Below, in pieces: positions 28,101 to 37,675 of a DNA stretch of 64,000 nt; positions within the stretch are counted from its first letter, which is position 1; the number at the start of each line of letters is the position of its first letter. The notes under the pieces are model-generated. The model was not told the origin of the DNA. It did no database searches and worked only from the letters and a program-made list of their open reading frames with translations. Origin of the DNA: Vulcanimicrobiota bacterium (GTDB lineage Bacteria; Vulcanimicrobiota; Xenobia; Xenobiales; JADMJV01). The DNA is taken from the NCBI GenBank assembly GCA_050250895.1, contig JBFWNU010000001.1, forward strand, positions 1,902,884-1,966,883, read 5' to 3'. The translations under genes were made by a program, and so were the position numbers.

Positions 28101-28796
28101 CAAAGGATAGAGACGGGCCGGTTCGATATCACCCAGGTCAGCCCCCAAAGCTTCCACCAGCAAGGCGGCACCTTCGGCCGGGCTGGCTTGCAGGGCGACT
28201 TTGAAGGCGCTCAGATCGCGGGTCTTGACCGGCTTGTCGTGCTCGAGGCGGGCCAGGGGATAACCTTCTTGGAAGGCCACGATGGGGCCGTTGTCCTCCA
28301 GTTTGAGAAAGGCGTCATACAGGTTCGTCGTCTTGCCGCTCACCGGATCGAGCAGGGCGTGTCCGACCATGGCCGCGGCCTGGCTGGGGAGGGGCCGTGG
28401 GGTGCTGCCGGTCAGCGCTTGCTCTAGAACGGCCAGCTCGTCGAGGTTGCCCAGCCGACATTTCTGGCCGTCAATCTCGACCCTCAGACGGGAGCTGCCC
28501 TCGTTGAGGGCCTCGGCGGCTTGCTCTGGAGCCAGGGGCTGGTAGGCGTCGGTCCAGGGCCAGTGAAAGCGCTTGTGGTGGAAGAAGTGGCAGTCGAGCT
28601 TGGACAACTCGTCGGCCACGACCGGTCCGACCGGCCCGGTGGCGGCTGCCACCACGGCCTGGGTGACCGGGGCCGGAACGACAGGTTGCTCAGGCCGAGC
28701 CGTCAGCTCGACCTGGTCGGGAGAACTTTCGGTTTTCTTGCTCTCTGACGGGGCGCGGTAGACCGTCGGAAAGGAGGTCAGAGGCTTTATCCGCAT
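25155..28796 (-). CDS. large helical repeat protein (112-aa repeat), paralog A
   Basis: Five full copies plus one partial copy of RVYPEDPYHWQYTLEKPY..LL..PARQLFL; ATG at 28796 aligns with the start of paralog B. Confidence 0.8.
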   Translation of the reverse strand: MRIKPLTSFPTVYRAPSESKKTESSPDQVELTARPEQPVVPAPVTQAVVAAATGPVGPVVADELSKLDCHFFHHKRFHWPWTDAYQPLAPEQAAEALNEGSSRLRVEIDGQKCRLGNLDELAVLEQALTGSTPRPLPSQAAAMVGHALLDPVSGKTTNLYDAFLKLEDNGPIVAFQEGYPLARLEHDKPVKTRDLSAFKVALQASPAEGAALLVEALGADLGDIEPARLYPLSSPHRRVIEAMHDQLSPEQIATRLRLLGDQPKNAALALKQIGLYQPDANLDLLTKARNALKQLDDDPEGFASLTKLGGQSPAALYAAFANDPVAACVQAVPTQPDKVRELFATADLKTAVTSTTQLVELSEYRECLDRGQGSLAERLQALSTASKGFKPELLYDLHMDLVASGNSHAEATRAVAGLNSALDRAKGSYDFENRVALPALTLVKTTLSSPERTPARALYLEQLQGGRPVDVTRLFEPAGSTNLEQRTELMRALRQHPLPDRLYALASGELAQGRSLDQARERTLEYAAAAEKARVYSEDSYHWQYTLEKPYNFYQAELLKPDREPARQLFLEMLSHQQDALTVKHLLPEVNGLDLQRRVTLYRELREGKFATQKFDLIAAEMGAGQSLDQARQRVDELFAAGDKARVYPEDPYHWQYTLEKPYQFYQRELLDAAREPARELFLQLLREKKDATAVGHVLPEVRGLRLSQRVELFRECQQSKFPNPSYELVKAELEAGATLEVAKERAAEFFAAGEGSRVYPEDPYHWQYTLEKPYQLYKDELLADERAPARQLFLQLLREKKDATSVKHVLPEVAGLDLSQRIDLFGEFQKQKFPTQMYDLVLADMKTGHDLEQARQRTAQFATAGEKARVYPEDPYHWEYTLKPVYGLYSELLEPELEPARQFFLELLAAKQSPALVKHVLPDVPGLDLNQRIEVFRELQSGKFAGPMYDLLAADLGQGTTLNVAREHLSQYQQAAEGARVYPEDSYQWEYTLKPSFDLYKNQLLKPDCEAARLYFLELLSQKKDPKAVKVVLNPVANTNLDQRLDLLKELGLFYPAAADLLGDGANLEQARSEVTRLKKALEAHPPYPEASYNWEYHQKPALELYHQAGPFGRQVLVVGLQSGQPVDPLRACLKALKNVLNKAETNNLKLDEFQKMLEALDPKDGRPLEKKVEDIIDTMILKKSMEDESEGNLEVNEEEIWVNDIQVARRE

Positions 28797-28872
28797 GCTG
28801 AGTCGAGAATATTTCAGCACCCGGAAAGAATGATGAAACGCGGCTCGACAACTACTCTTACCGCTACTTCCT

Positions 28873-29466
28873 TCAGTGAGTCGTGGGGGTGGGAGTGACT
28901 TCGATGGCGTTGGTGGCGTCAAAAGCCGGCTCGCTGACGGTGAAGTAGAGGGCCAGGACGTAGCCTACCAGGCGATTCGCCTCGGGGCCGGCCTCGACGG
29001 TGATAGTGCCCTGCTTGGCCAGGGCCGGGTCCATCGCACTGTAGAGTTCTCCGACGCGTTGCCAACGGAGCACATCGCCCACCACCAGGTCGCCATTACT
29101 CTCGACTCGCATGGGTCCGGGCTGGCCGTCGAGTTCGACCTCGCCTTGAGCGGTGAGCTTGACGCTCTGTCTTTGCCCGTCAGCCTCCATACGACCGTCA
29201 GGAAAGACCTGGAAATGCTTCTCCTGGGCCACCGACTTGATGGTGATGTTACCCTGGTCATCGCCGCTGATCCGAACGGTGTGCTCGGCCTCGCCTTCGG
29301 GACCGGCCAGAGTGAGGGTGAAAGGGGCGATGGTCAGATGCCCTTCGGCGGCCAGCGGGGTGGCGACCGCGGTTGCCATAGGAGTGGGGGTCGCCGTCGG
29401 TTGCGAGCAACCAACTAGAAGGGTGATGGCCAGCGCCACCGGCAAGAAGCTTCGAAGAGTGTTCAC
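28873..29466 (-). CDS. putative lipoprotein
   Basis: GTG start overlapping the upstream stop; lipobox LLVGC. Confidence 0.65.
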   Translation of the reverse strand: MNTLRSFLPVALAITLLVGCSQPTATPTPMATAVATPLAAEGHLTIAPFTLTLAGPEGEAEHTVRISGDDQGNITIKSVAQEKHFQVFPDGRMEADGQRQSVKLTAQGEVELDGQPGPMRVESNGDLVVGDVLRWQRVGELYSAMDPALAKQGTITVEAGPEANRLVGYVLALYFTVSEPAFDATNAIEVTPTPTTH

Positions 29467-30467
29467 GGCGTGTCTCTTTCGGCTGGAATCGGGCTCTCCT
29501 TCCCGGCTTGGAACTCGACCAACAGCGGGCGATGGTCCGAGAGCTTGACCGACGCGGTCCAGCATCCGGTCACGGTCAGGTCGGGCGAAAGCCAGGCATA
29601 GTCGATGCGCCAAAGCGGCAGGTGGGACTTGTAGGTCAGGCCCCAACCTGTCCCGTGCGTGAAAGCATCCTGGGCCAGCGAGCGCAGGCGCCAGTAGTGG
29701 TGGGAGCGCGGCGGCGTGTTGAAATCCCCCATCAAGAGGGTGGGCACGGGGTCATCCAGTAGCGTGAGTAGGGCGTCGATCTGGCGACGGCGGGTATCGG
29801 CGGTGAGTTGCAGACGCTGGGTCGCGCTGGCTTGTCCTTTGAGCTTGCCCTCGGGATCGCCCGTCATCAGGTGAACGTCGAGGACCCGCAGAGGAGAACC
29901 GTTGACTTCGACCGTGGCTTCGAGGGCCTGGCTCAAACCATCAAGAGAATGGGACTTCTGCTCGAGCACCGGCAAGCGCGTGAAGATGGCCAACTCGTCG
30001 CGGATGCCACCCCGGACCAACTGGTATCCGACCAGGCGCTCGGCCAGGATAGGCACGGGGTCGGGGTGGCCCGGAGCAATGGGCGTGCGAGCCTCTTGCA
30101 GGGCGATGATGTCGGGACTGTGCTTGAGCAGATAGTCGGCCAGGCGGGCCGGTCCGCCCAGGCCGGCCTGGATGTTGTAGCTAATGGCTCGTAAGCTGCC
30201 CGGGCGGGCCGGAGCCGACAACTGCAGGCCAGAGGCCAGTAGCAGAGGCAGCACCAGGGCGGAGGCGATGAGAGCCGGTCGCACTTTGAGCCACCAGGCC
30301 AGACCCGCCAGCAGAGGCAGAGGGGCCAGCCAAACCAGCGGGGGTGCATAGCAGGGCAACACCGTCACCCAGTGTCTCTCGGGCACCAGGCGGAAGTAGA
30401 CGGGAATCAAGCATAACCCGCCCGCGTAGCCAAGCAGCAAGGCGGTAGCCGCCTTTTGCCAGGTCAT
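29463..30467 (-). CDS. endonuclease/exonuclease/phosphatase family membrane protein
   Basis: SYNI, DIIALQE, MGDFN, RIDY, SDHRP. Confidence 0.9.
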   Translation of the reverse strand: MTWQKAATALLLGYAGGLCLIPVYFRLVPERHWVTVLPCYAPPLVWLAPLPLLAGLAWWLKVRPALIASALVLPLLLASGLQLSAPARPGSLRAISYNIQAGLGGPARLADYLLKHSPDIIALQEARTPIAPGHPDPVPILAERLVGYQLVRGGIRDELAIFTRLPVLEQKSHSLDGLSQALEATVEVNGSPLRVLDVHLMTGDPEGKLKGQASATQRLQLTADTRRRQIDALLTLLDDPVPTLLMGDFNTPPRSHHYWRLRSLAQDAFTHGTGWGLTYKSHLPLWRIDYAWLSPDLTVTGCWTASVKLSDHRPLLVEFQAGKESPIPAERDTP

Positions 30468-33400
30468 TCGTCGCGCCGGGCCACCGGAATGTCGTTAATC
30501 ACGATCTCGTCTTCGTTCAACTCGAGGCTGCCTCCCGAATCGACCTCTAGCGACTTCTTCAAGATGAGAGCCCCGAGCGTGGTCTTGATGCGTTCATCGA
30601 AGTCCCCTGCAGAGGCCGCGGCTAGCCCGGCCTGCAAGTCTTCTGGCTGGATGCCGACGGCGGCAGCCTGGCGGAGATCGTCTTTGAGTCCGGGCACGAG
30701 CCGTTGTAGCGAGTTCAAGGATTGTCCCTGGGCCAATCCGGCCAGCAAGACTTCTCGTCCGAGCGGCGGACTCGACTGGTAGAGGTCAAGCCCGTTGTGG
30801 ATGTGGCGAGAGGTGTTCTGCGGTGGAGCGCAGGATTGCAGCGCGTCCTTGAGGCGGGCTGCTTCGCTGCGAGCCTGCTCGAGAGTGGACCCCTCTTGCA
30901 GCCAGGCGAAGGCTGCTTCGGAGTACTCACCCAACTGGGCCAGCAGAGCCACTCGCTGTTCCAGGGTAGTGTTGGGCACCTCTTTCAAGGCCGCTTTGAT
31001 ATCGAGGGGTTGCTGCTTGTCGGCCAATAGTTTCAAGAAGAGTTTGCGGGCCGGCTCGCTACTGGGGGCGAGCAGGTGCTGGCTGTAGAATTCGTAGGGC
31101 TCGCGCACGGTGAGACGCCAGTGATCCGAGTCGGCCGGATACTTGCGACCCGATTCGGCCGCCCGGGCGAAGTCGGCGGTCATCGTCCTGGCTCGCTCGG
31201 GGGGCTGGCCGGACCGGACGGCTTGAGCGAAGAGGTCGTACATTTGGGAGCCGTGGGGCAGTCCGCCGAACTCTCGCAAGATGGACACCCGTTGGCCGAG
31301 ATCAAGGCCCGGTAGATCGGCCAGCGCGTGGTCGGCCTGGAGAGGGTCTTTCTTGTTGGCCAGCAACTCCAGAAAATACTCGCGGACCAGAGCCTTGTCA
31401 GGGGTCAGCAGATGGTCGCTGTAGTATTCCACCGCCGCCTTGAGGGTCAGGCGCCAGTGGTCTGAGTCGCTGGGATAGCGGCGACCGGTCTGGCCGGCCA
31501 CCGAAATGGCCCGAGCCAACTCTTTGGCCTCTTCGAGGCTGGCGCCCTGGTCAAGTCCGGCTTTGACCAGGTCATACATCGCAATGGGATAGTGGGTAGC
31601 CTGTAGCTCAGCAAACAGGTCGATGCGCGCCGGCAGGTCCAGGCCTCCGGCGGCCGGCAGAACGTGGGCCACCGAGTTGGCCTCTTTCTTGTCGGCCAGT
31701 AGTTTCAGAAAGAGCTGACGGGCCGGTTCGCGAGCGGGCGTCAGCAGTTCGTCGCGATAGAACTCATAAGCCGGATTAGCCGTCAGGCGCCAGTGGTCGG
31801 AGTCGCCCTGGTAGCGGCGTCCCTTTTCGGCCGCCTCGGCGAAGTCGCTGACCAGCCGCCGAGCCTGGTCGAGGTCTGAGCCAGCCGCGACGGCCGTGGT
31901 CAACAGGTCGTAGTAGTGACTTCCAAATTTGGCCTGATCGAGCTGCTCAAAGAGTTCCACTCTTCGTTCTAACGACAGACCCCTCACCTCGGGCAAGACG
32001 TGGGTCACGGCGGTAGGATCCTTTTTGTTGGCCAGCATCCGCAGGAAGAGTTCGCGCGCCGGCTGGCGGTCGGGCGTGAGCAAGTTCTCTTGATAGAACT
32101 CGCAGGCGGGTCGCAAGGTGAGTCGCCAATGGTCCGAGTCGCTTTGATAGCGTCGGCCCTCTTCACCTGCCACCGAGAACGCGCGGGTCAGCTCTTTGGC
32201 CTGCTCGAGAGTGGCCCCTTTGGCCATCGCCGCCGTGGTCAGGTCATACATCGGGTTGGCATACTTGTGTTGCTGCAACTCACCGAAGAGTTGAATGCGG
32301 GCGTCAAGGTCGAGTCCGGCCACCTCTGGCAGCACGTGACTCACCGACAGCGCGTCTTTCTTGTCGGCCAACAGCTGCAAGAAGAGCTTGCGAGCCGACT
32401 CTCGGCTTGGAGCCAGCAGTTCATCCCGATAAAATTGGTGGGCCTGGCTCACGGTGAGCCGCCAGTGATCGGATTGCCCCTGATAGCGGCGACCGCTTTC
32501 GGCCGCGCTGGCGAATTCAGAGGTCCTGGCCTCGGCCTGCTCGAGACTGGCCCCCGTTTTGAACGCAGCCACCACGAGCTCATACATTGGGCCAGGGAAC
32601 GGGCTGCGCTGGAGTCGTTCCAGGACGCCGGTCCGTTGCTCCAGGCTCAAGCCCTGGACTGGCTCGAGGATGTCCGCCACCGAGGTCGCCTCTTTCTTGT
32701 CAGCCAGAAGCTTCAGAAAGAGTACTCTGGCGGGTTCGTTGCCAGGCTTGAGCAAGTTCTTCTGGTAGAATTCGTAGGCGTCTCGCAAGGTAAGGCGCCA
32801 ATGGTCCGAGTCACTCTGATATCGTCGAGCCTTTTCCGCTGCCCGGGCAAATTCCAGGGTGCGGTCCGCCGCCTGCTGGGGGGTTCGTCCGCCAGCCACC
32901 TCATCTAGTGTCAGTCTCAGCCAGTGGCCGGCGAACGCTTTATTGGTCAGCTTCTCGGCCAGCTCGACGCGTTCGGCCAGAGTTGTGCCCGCGATCGGCT
33001 CGAAGGTGTCGGTGATGTAGCTGGCGTCGCGCCCGGCCGCCATCTGTTCGAGATAGAAGCTGCGAGCCGGAGCCTTCTCGGGCTCCATCAGGTAGTCACG
33101 CACGAAGCCCCTGACTTTGTTGGTGTTGGGGCTCTTCTCGGCTTTGAGCATCCTCTCCAGGGTAGCTTTCGCCTGGTCGTGACTGTTGCCGGCCTCGATG
33201 AGCTGTGTGTTGAGCTCGTACAGATCCTCGGGGGCCCGGCCAAATCTTACCGTTCTCAGGACTTCGAGCCGCTCAGCCAGGTTGCCGCCGCCCCCGTCGA
33301 GGCAATGGCTCAGCTCGGAGAGTTCGGCCAGAGAGGCGACGCCTTGCACCGCCGCGTTGAGTTCACTGGTGGCGAACAGCTCGTTGACTCGAGCCTGTTC

Positions 33401-34402
33401 CTCGGGTAGGGCCGCCAGGCACGCAGCCTTCGGGTCCTCAGAGAAATGGCTGTAAAAGTGATTGGGATCATTGCTGGCCAAGGTGGCCAGACAAGCGAAG
33501 GTCTCGGGATCTTGCCCTTCAAGGCGAGACAAGGCCTGGCGGGCGCTGGTCAGCAGGTTGAGGTTCGCCTGTGGCTCTGTCAATCCCAACGGAGTAAGTG
33601 CTCTGATAGCCTGCTCGGGCTCATCGCCGAGCAATCGTAGTCGGGCCGCCAGGCTGGCGGGTGCTAGCTCAGCGGGCATGCGTTCTATGACACGACGAAA
33701 GGGAGAAGCGATTGGATATAGCCGGGCCGCTTCGATCTTGCCGAGATCGGCCCCGAGCGCCTCCACCAACAAAGCTGCGGCCTCGGCCGGCTGGTCCTGG
33801 AGAGCCGTCTCGAAAGTCCCATAATCGCGCAGGCTCGCAGGCTCGGGCCCGTTCAGTCGCGCCAGTGGGTAACCCCTCTCGAAGACGACCACGGGACTGT
33901 GGGCTTCGACTTGCAGATAGGCATCGTACAGTCCGAGGTTCGCAAGTTTTTCGGGGTCCAGCAACTGGTGGCCGACCATGGCCTGGGCCGAAGCGGGGAG
34001 CGGTCGGGTGGTTTGCCCGCTCAGGGTGTGCTCGAGCACGGCCAGATCGCGAGGCCCCTTGAGGGGGCGGGTCTGGCCGTCAAACTCCACCCTCAATCGA
34101 CCGTCGTCGAGGTTGAGCGCTTTAGCGGCTTGCTCGGCCGACAGGGGACGATGGGCGTCCGTCCAGGGCAGGTGGAAGAGCTTCTGGTGCAAGAAGCGGC
34201 AGGGCAACCGGCTGAGTTCGTCGGCCAGCACCGGACCGAGCGGGCCGGTCGCCTGGGCCACCACCGCCTGCTCTACGGGGGGCACGGCAACTCGAGCTGA
34301 CTGGTTAGTCAGCTCGACCTGATCGAGAGGTTGATTTTGTTCCTTGATCTCTGACGGGGCGCGGAAAACCGTCGGGACGAAGGTCAGAGATTGTATCCGC
34401 AT
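30464..34402 (-). CDS. large helical repeat protein (112-aa repeat), paralog B
   Basis: Six copies of RRYQSDSDHWRLT..EFY..LL.P..PAR.LFL; N- and C-termini homologous to paralog A. Confidence 0.8.
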   Translation of the reverse strand: MRIQSLTFVPTVFRAPSEIKEQNQPLDQVELTNQSARVAVPPVEQAVVAQATGPLGPVLADELSRLPCRFLHQKLFHLPWTDAHRPLSAEQAAKALNLDDGRLRVEFDGQTRPLKGPRDLAVLEHTLSGQTTRPLPASAQAMVGHQLLDPEKLANLGLYDAYLQVEAHSPVVVFERGYPLARLNGPEPASLRDYGTFETALQDQPAEAAALLVEALGADLGKIEAARLYPIASPFRRVIERMPAELAPASLAARLRLLGDEPEQAIRALTPLGLTEPQANLNLLTSARQALSRLEGQDPETFACLATLASNDPNHFYSHFSEDPKAACLAALPEEQARVNELFATSELNAAVQGVASLAELSELSHCLDGGGGNLAERLEVLRTVRFGRAPEDLYELNTQLIEAGNSHDQAKATLERMLKAEKSPNTNKVRGFVRDYLMEPEKAPARSFYLEQMAAGRDASYITDTFEPIAGTTLAERVELAEKLTNKAFAGHWLRLTLDEVAGGRTPQQAADRTLEFARAAEKARRYQSDSDHWRLTLRDAYEFYQKNLLKPGNEPARVLFLKLLADKKEATSVADILEPVQGLSLEQRTGVLERLQRSPFPGPMYELVVAAFKTGASLEQAEARTSEFASAAESGRRYQGQSDHWRLTVSQAHQFYRDELLAPSRESARKLFLQLLADKKDALSVSHVLPEVAGLDLDARIQLFGELQQHKYANPMYDLTTAAMAKGATLEQAKELTRAFSVAGEEGRRYQSDSDHWRLTLRPACEFYQENLLTPDRQPARELFLRMLANKKDPTAVTHVLPEVRGLSLERRVELFEQLDQAKFGSHYYDLLTTAVAAGSDLDQARRLVSDFAEAAEKGRRYQGDSDHWRLTANPAYEFYRDELLTPAREPARQLFLKLLADKKEANSVAHVLPAAGGLDLPARIDLFAELQATHYPIAMYDLVKAGLDQGASLEEAKELARAISVAGQTGRRYPSDSDHWRLTLKAAVEYYSDHLLTPDKALVREYFLELLANKKDPLQADHALADLPGLDLGQRVSILREFGGLPHGSQMYDLFAQAVRSGQPPERARTMTADFARAAESGRKYPADSDHWRLTVREPYEFYSQHLLAPSSEPARKLFLKLLADKQQPLDIKAALKEVPNTTLEQRVALLAQLGEYSEAAFAWLQEGSTLEQARSEAARLKDALQSCAPPQNTSRHIHNGLDLYQSSPPLGREVLLAGLAQGQSLNSLQRLVPGLKDDLRQAAAVGIQPEDLQAGLAAASAGDFDERIKTTLGALILKKSLEVDSGGSLELNEDEIVINDIPVARRDE

Positions 34403-34447
34403 GTCAGGACCAGCTTATCTCGCCGGCCCGAAAGATTCATGAAAGAG

Positions 34448-34936
34448 TCATTGCTGGACCAAAAGCAGCTCTCTTGCCTCCTGGCGTAGAGCCTCCGTGG
34501 CATTGCTGTCCTGGTGGCAACCATCCCCGTAGCGGGTGGTAACTTGTTGTTCTTCGAGGATGTCCTTGTCGAGTTCTTCGGCCTGGATACGGCCAAACTG
34601 CTCACCGTCGACGGTGATCCAGTAGCGATTCTGCTGACTGGCCCGCTCCAGTTCGAGTATTCCGGCCGGCATACGCGCATAGACGCGTTTGCCCGAGTCT
34701 AGCTCATCCAGACCGATCTGACGGTCGTCGTAGAACAGGAGGTTATCCAGGGGGACGTCCATCTCCACGCCATTGGGAGTGATGATGGTAACCAGCTGTT
34801 CGGCCGGCAAGACCTCATCCACGCGTCCACTCACCGTGAGGGCATCCTTTAACACGTGGTCGGCTCGGTCATGGTCGTGAGCTGCGGCCGGGGTGAAGAG
34901 GGCCGCAAAGATTAGCAAAGTAAATAGTCGTCTCAT
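34448..34936 (-). CDS. secreted hypothetical protein
   Basis: Signal peptide MRRLFTLLIFAALFTPAAA; RBS AAAGGA upstream. Confidence 0.65.
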   Translation of the reverse strand: MRRLFTLLIFAALFTPAAAHDHDRADHVLKDALTVSGRVDEVLPAEQLVTIITPNGVEMDVPLDNLLFYDDRQIGLDELDSGKRVYARMPAGILELERASQQNRYWITVDGEQFGRIQAEELDKDILEEQQVTTRYGDGCHQDSNATEALRQEARELLLVQQ

Positions 34937-35022
34937 GGTCTGTCCTTTCCCTACCAGCCTGAGGGCAGGCCGACGATGGAGCTAGACTCGCGCGGATGGC
35001 GCGGTCGCATCCGCAAGTGCCA

Positions 35023-35925
35023 CTACCCCAGTTTCAACCGCTCGCGCCAGCCGGCCACCTCGCCCTCAGCCAGCCAGTTCTCTACCCGGACCTGCGGCGG
35101 TGCGGCCTCTAGATAAGGGCCAAAGAAGCCCGTGTTCCAGCTTCTACTTCCCAGGATCGCAGGCCACAACAGCATCACCTGGTGGTCGTCTATCCAGCTG
35201 ATCGAATCCGGAGCCGCCTCGGCCCAGACGCTGGCGCCGAGTTCTGCCGTGGGGCAGTCGGCCTGGCCGAAATGCCACCAGGCCGTGTCCATTAGTTCGG
35301 AGTCTCGCGATTCTCCGCGGGCCACGGCGACGATGTGGGGGTCGGTTGTCCGGGCTCCCGGCATACGTTGCTCGAGTGCAGCCTGCAAAAGGGTGAACAG
35401 GTGAGCACAGTTGGTCAGGTTGTGATAGCTGAGCATGGCTGCTACCGGCTTCTGGCCATGCAAAACCAGCAAACGGCCGCTCTGTTGACGCAGCAAATGC
35501 CCGACCCAGATCGCTCCCACGGTGTGCTGCTCGAGTTCTGCTAGCCTCTCGAGCAGGCCCGGACGTTGGGAGAGTTGCTGCTTCACGTTCTCGGCGCGGG
35601 CTAAATGGGCCACCAGGGCCTGGCCCAGATAGCGCAATCCCAGCCCCAGCCGTTCGTCGACCCGGCTTTCGTCGGTCAGGTCGCGGGTCCAGGCGAGAAA
35701 GCATTGCATGATGGCCTCGATCGACCGCTCGGGTGGCTCGCCCTGTTCCACCAGGGCTCCCAGCCAAACGGCCACCAGGCCCGCTCCGGCCGGCTCTTCA
35801 ATGGCCGCCAGAGCCTCGTGAATCCGGGCCGGGTCGCAGCCTCTGAGCGCCTCGCGCAGCTCGGGGCTGAAGGCCTCTTCGCGCTGGGTGTTGGCCGCCT
35901 GGATCACGGCCTGCAGGTCACTCAT
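35023..35925 (-). CDS. hypothetical protein
   Basis: Long ORF; ATG at 35925 overlaps the upstream stop (ATGA). Confidence 0.6.
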   Translation of the reverse strand: MSDLQAVIQAANTQREEAFSPELREALRGCDPARIHEALAAIEEPAGAGLVAVWLGALVEQGEPPERSIEAIMQCFLAWTRDLTDESRVDERLGLGLRYLGQALVAHLARAENVKQQLSQRPGLLERLAELEQHTVGAIWVGHLLRQQSGRLLVLHGQKPVAAMLSYHNLTNCAHLFTLLQAALEQRMPGARTTDPHIVAVARGESRDSELMDTAWWHFGQADCPTAELGASVWAEAAPDSISWIDDHQVMLLWPAILGSRSWNTGFFGPYLEAAPPQVRVENWLAEGEVAGWRERLKLG

Positions 35926-36635
35926 GAGCCGTCGTTCGCGACCGGCGTCCACGCGCCTTCGGCATGGCGGCGTTCGAGATAGTAGCCCTCAAGGTCGTAG
36001 CCGCCGCCTCCCAGGTCGACCTCGAGTTGGCCCAGATCGGCCTTCGGGGGTCCACAAGCGTCACGAAGCCATTTCTTGAGAGTGACAAAGTCGAGATTCA
36101 TCATGCAGATCACTCCCGAGCTTTCTGCGCTCGAATCCGGTAAGTAAAGAGCCTCGTCGGCGCCAAATAGCTCCGCCAGCGAACGCCCCAGCTTTAGGTG
36201 GTCTTGACGAAATCTTGGGTCGGTCACATTGATTTTGCGCCCGAAGGACGAGACGCTCAGAAGGCATGTCCAAAACTCGAGATAGAATTCGAGCGGGGTG
36301 TCGAGCATCAACACCGGGAAATACTCATCGTTTGACCCCATACAGCTTTCGACGCGCCACTCCCAGGGCTGCCGCCACTTGGATTCGAGTTCAGGAGGCA
36401 GATCGACCCTCGGAGGGTGCTCGGGGTCAACCCGATGGCTGAGGGCCGTGAGTTCGCGGTCCTCCTCGGGGAAATGAGCTAGCCGGCAGCGTCGTCTCTG
36501 GAGAAAAGCCTGATAGGGGCTCAGACGGAATGCCTCACAGGCTGGCAATAATTGAATTGCCTCGAGGAGCTTTTTCCGGTCTTGGAGCGGCGGGATCCCG
36601 ACCGGCAGAATAATCTCCAGGTAGATGCCCACCAA
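35922..36635 (-). CDS. hypothetical protein
   Basis: Long ORF translationally coupled to the next gene. Confidence 0.55.
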   Translation of the reverse strand: MVGIYLEIILPVGIPPLQDRKKLLEAIQLLPACEAFRLSPYQAFLQRRRCRLAHFPEEDRELTALSHRVDPEHPPRVDLPPELESKWRQPWEWRVESCMGSNDEYFPVLMLDTPLEFYLEFWTCLLSVSSFGRKINVTDPRFRQDHLKLGRSLAELFGADEALYLPDSSAESSGVICMMNLDFVTLKKWLRDACGPPKADLGQLEVDLGGGGYDLEGYYLERRHAEGAWTPVANDGS

Positions 36636-36741
36636 ATGAGGTTCGCGACCCCCATGAAGGTTCCCCCGGTGGAGCGACGCGACCTCGGCGTGCGGGTTCG
36701 GGGAACCTCAAGACCTACTCTAACAGGGACAGGTTGCGTGG

Positions 36742-37593
36742 TCAGTGACTTTTTCCCGCTTCGGAGTGGTCGGTGAGCACAGGCGCGGCCCGGTCCCAAT
36801 CGGGGGCTTCCTCGAGGCCTCTACAGTAGTCGAGGAGAGGATAGGCGGTAGCAATCTCGCCGGCTCGCCTGAGCAATTCTTCGCGGCGGAGCGGCTGTTG
36901 CGAATTGTAGCCGACCACCACCCGTTGGGCGGCGCTCTCGAAGCCGTAGGTCTGGGGAAAGGCCTGGGCCATAGTGTTGCGGTCGCTAGCGTAGAGCGGC
37001 GAACGCAGGTGGAGGTTGGCCACCACCGCCCCGTCGGGCTGCAAACGGCTGCCCAACAGTTGGTAGAATTCCACCGTGCGCAGATGGTCCGGCACGTCGA
37101 GGCCGTCGAAGGCATCGAGCAGAATCAGATCGTAGCGTTCTGTCGAGTTCTCGAGATGATGGCGGGCGTCGTCGACGAAGGTCCGCAGGCGAGGGCCTTC
37201 TTGATACAAGAAGAACTTGCGCGCCGCCTCGACCACGACCGGGTCGATCTCGATACTGTCGATTTGAGTCTCGGGCAAGAGGTGGGCCAGGGCCCGAGTC
37301 AGCGAGGCGCCACCCAGACCGACCACCAGCACTTTGCGGGGGCGGGGCACGAAGACCAGTCCCAGCAATTGCTTGCGCGTGTACTCATAGGAGAGATATT
37401 CGGGCCGGCGCAGGTCGAGACGCGATTGCTCGATATCTCCCTCGGGGCGCTTGAACTTGAGGGCGCGCAGCGAGCCTTCCTGGGTCACCAGCACCGTTCC
37501 GAAGGGGCCCTTCTTCTCGAAGAGCAGTTCCTCGGCCCAGGCCGGGCCAAGGACTATCAGCAGCAGTAGGATGAGTGCGCGCCCGTTTGGCAT
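36742..37593 (-). CDS. spermidine-synthase-like SAM-dependent methyltransferase-fold protein
   Basis: VLVVGLGGASL; IEIDPVVVEAARKFF; YDLILLDAF. Confidence 0.85.
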   Translation of the reverse strand: MPNGRALILLLLIVLGPAWAEELLFEKKGPFGTVLVTQEGSLRALKFKRPEGDIEQSRLDLRRPEYLSYEYTRKQLLGLVFVPRPRKVLVVGLGGASLTRALAHLLPETQIDSIEIDPVVVEAARKFFLYQEGPRLRTFVDDARHHLENSTERYDLILLDAFDGLDVPDHLRTVEFYQLLGSRLQPDGAVVANLHLRSPLYASDRNTMAQAFPQTYGFESAAQRVVVGYNSQQPLRREELLRRAGEIATAYPLLDYCRGLEEAPDWDRAAPVLTDHSEAGKSH

Positions 37594-37675
37594 CGCCAGG
37601 ACATTCAAGCCGAGAGGCGCGGCTCCTGGGGCAGTGCGCCAGGGGGCCGGTAACGCCCCGCCGAACGCGGCGCGC

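Noticed and set aside
25155-34402. Diversity-generating retroelement or TALE-like code in the repeat genes
   Set aside because: No reverse transcriptase or near-identical template repeat; the distinctive motif is constant within each protein rather than hypervariable
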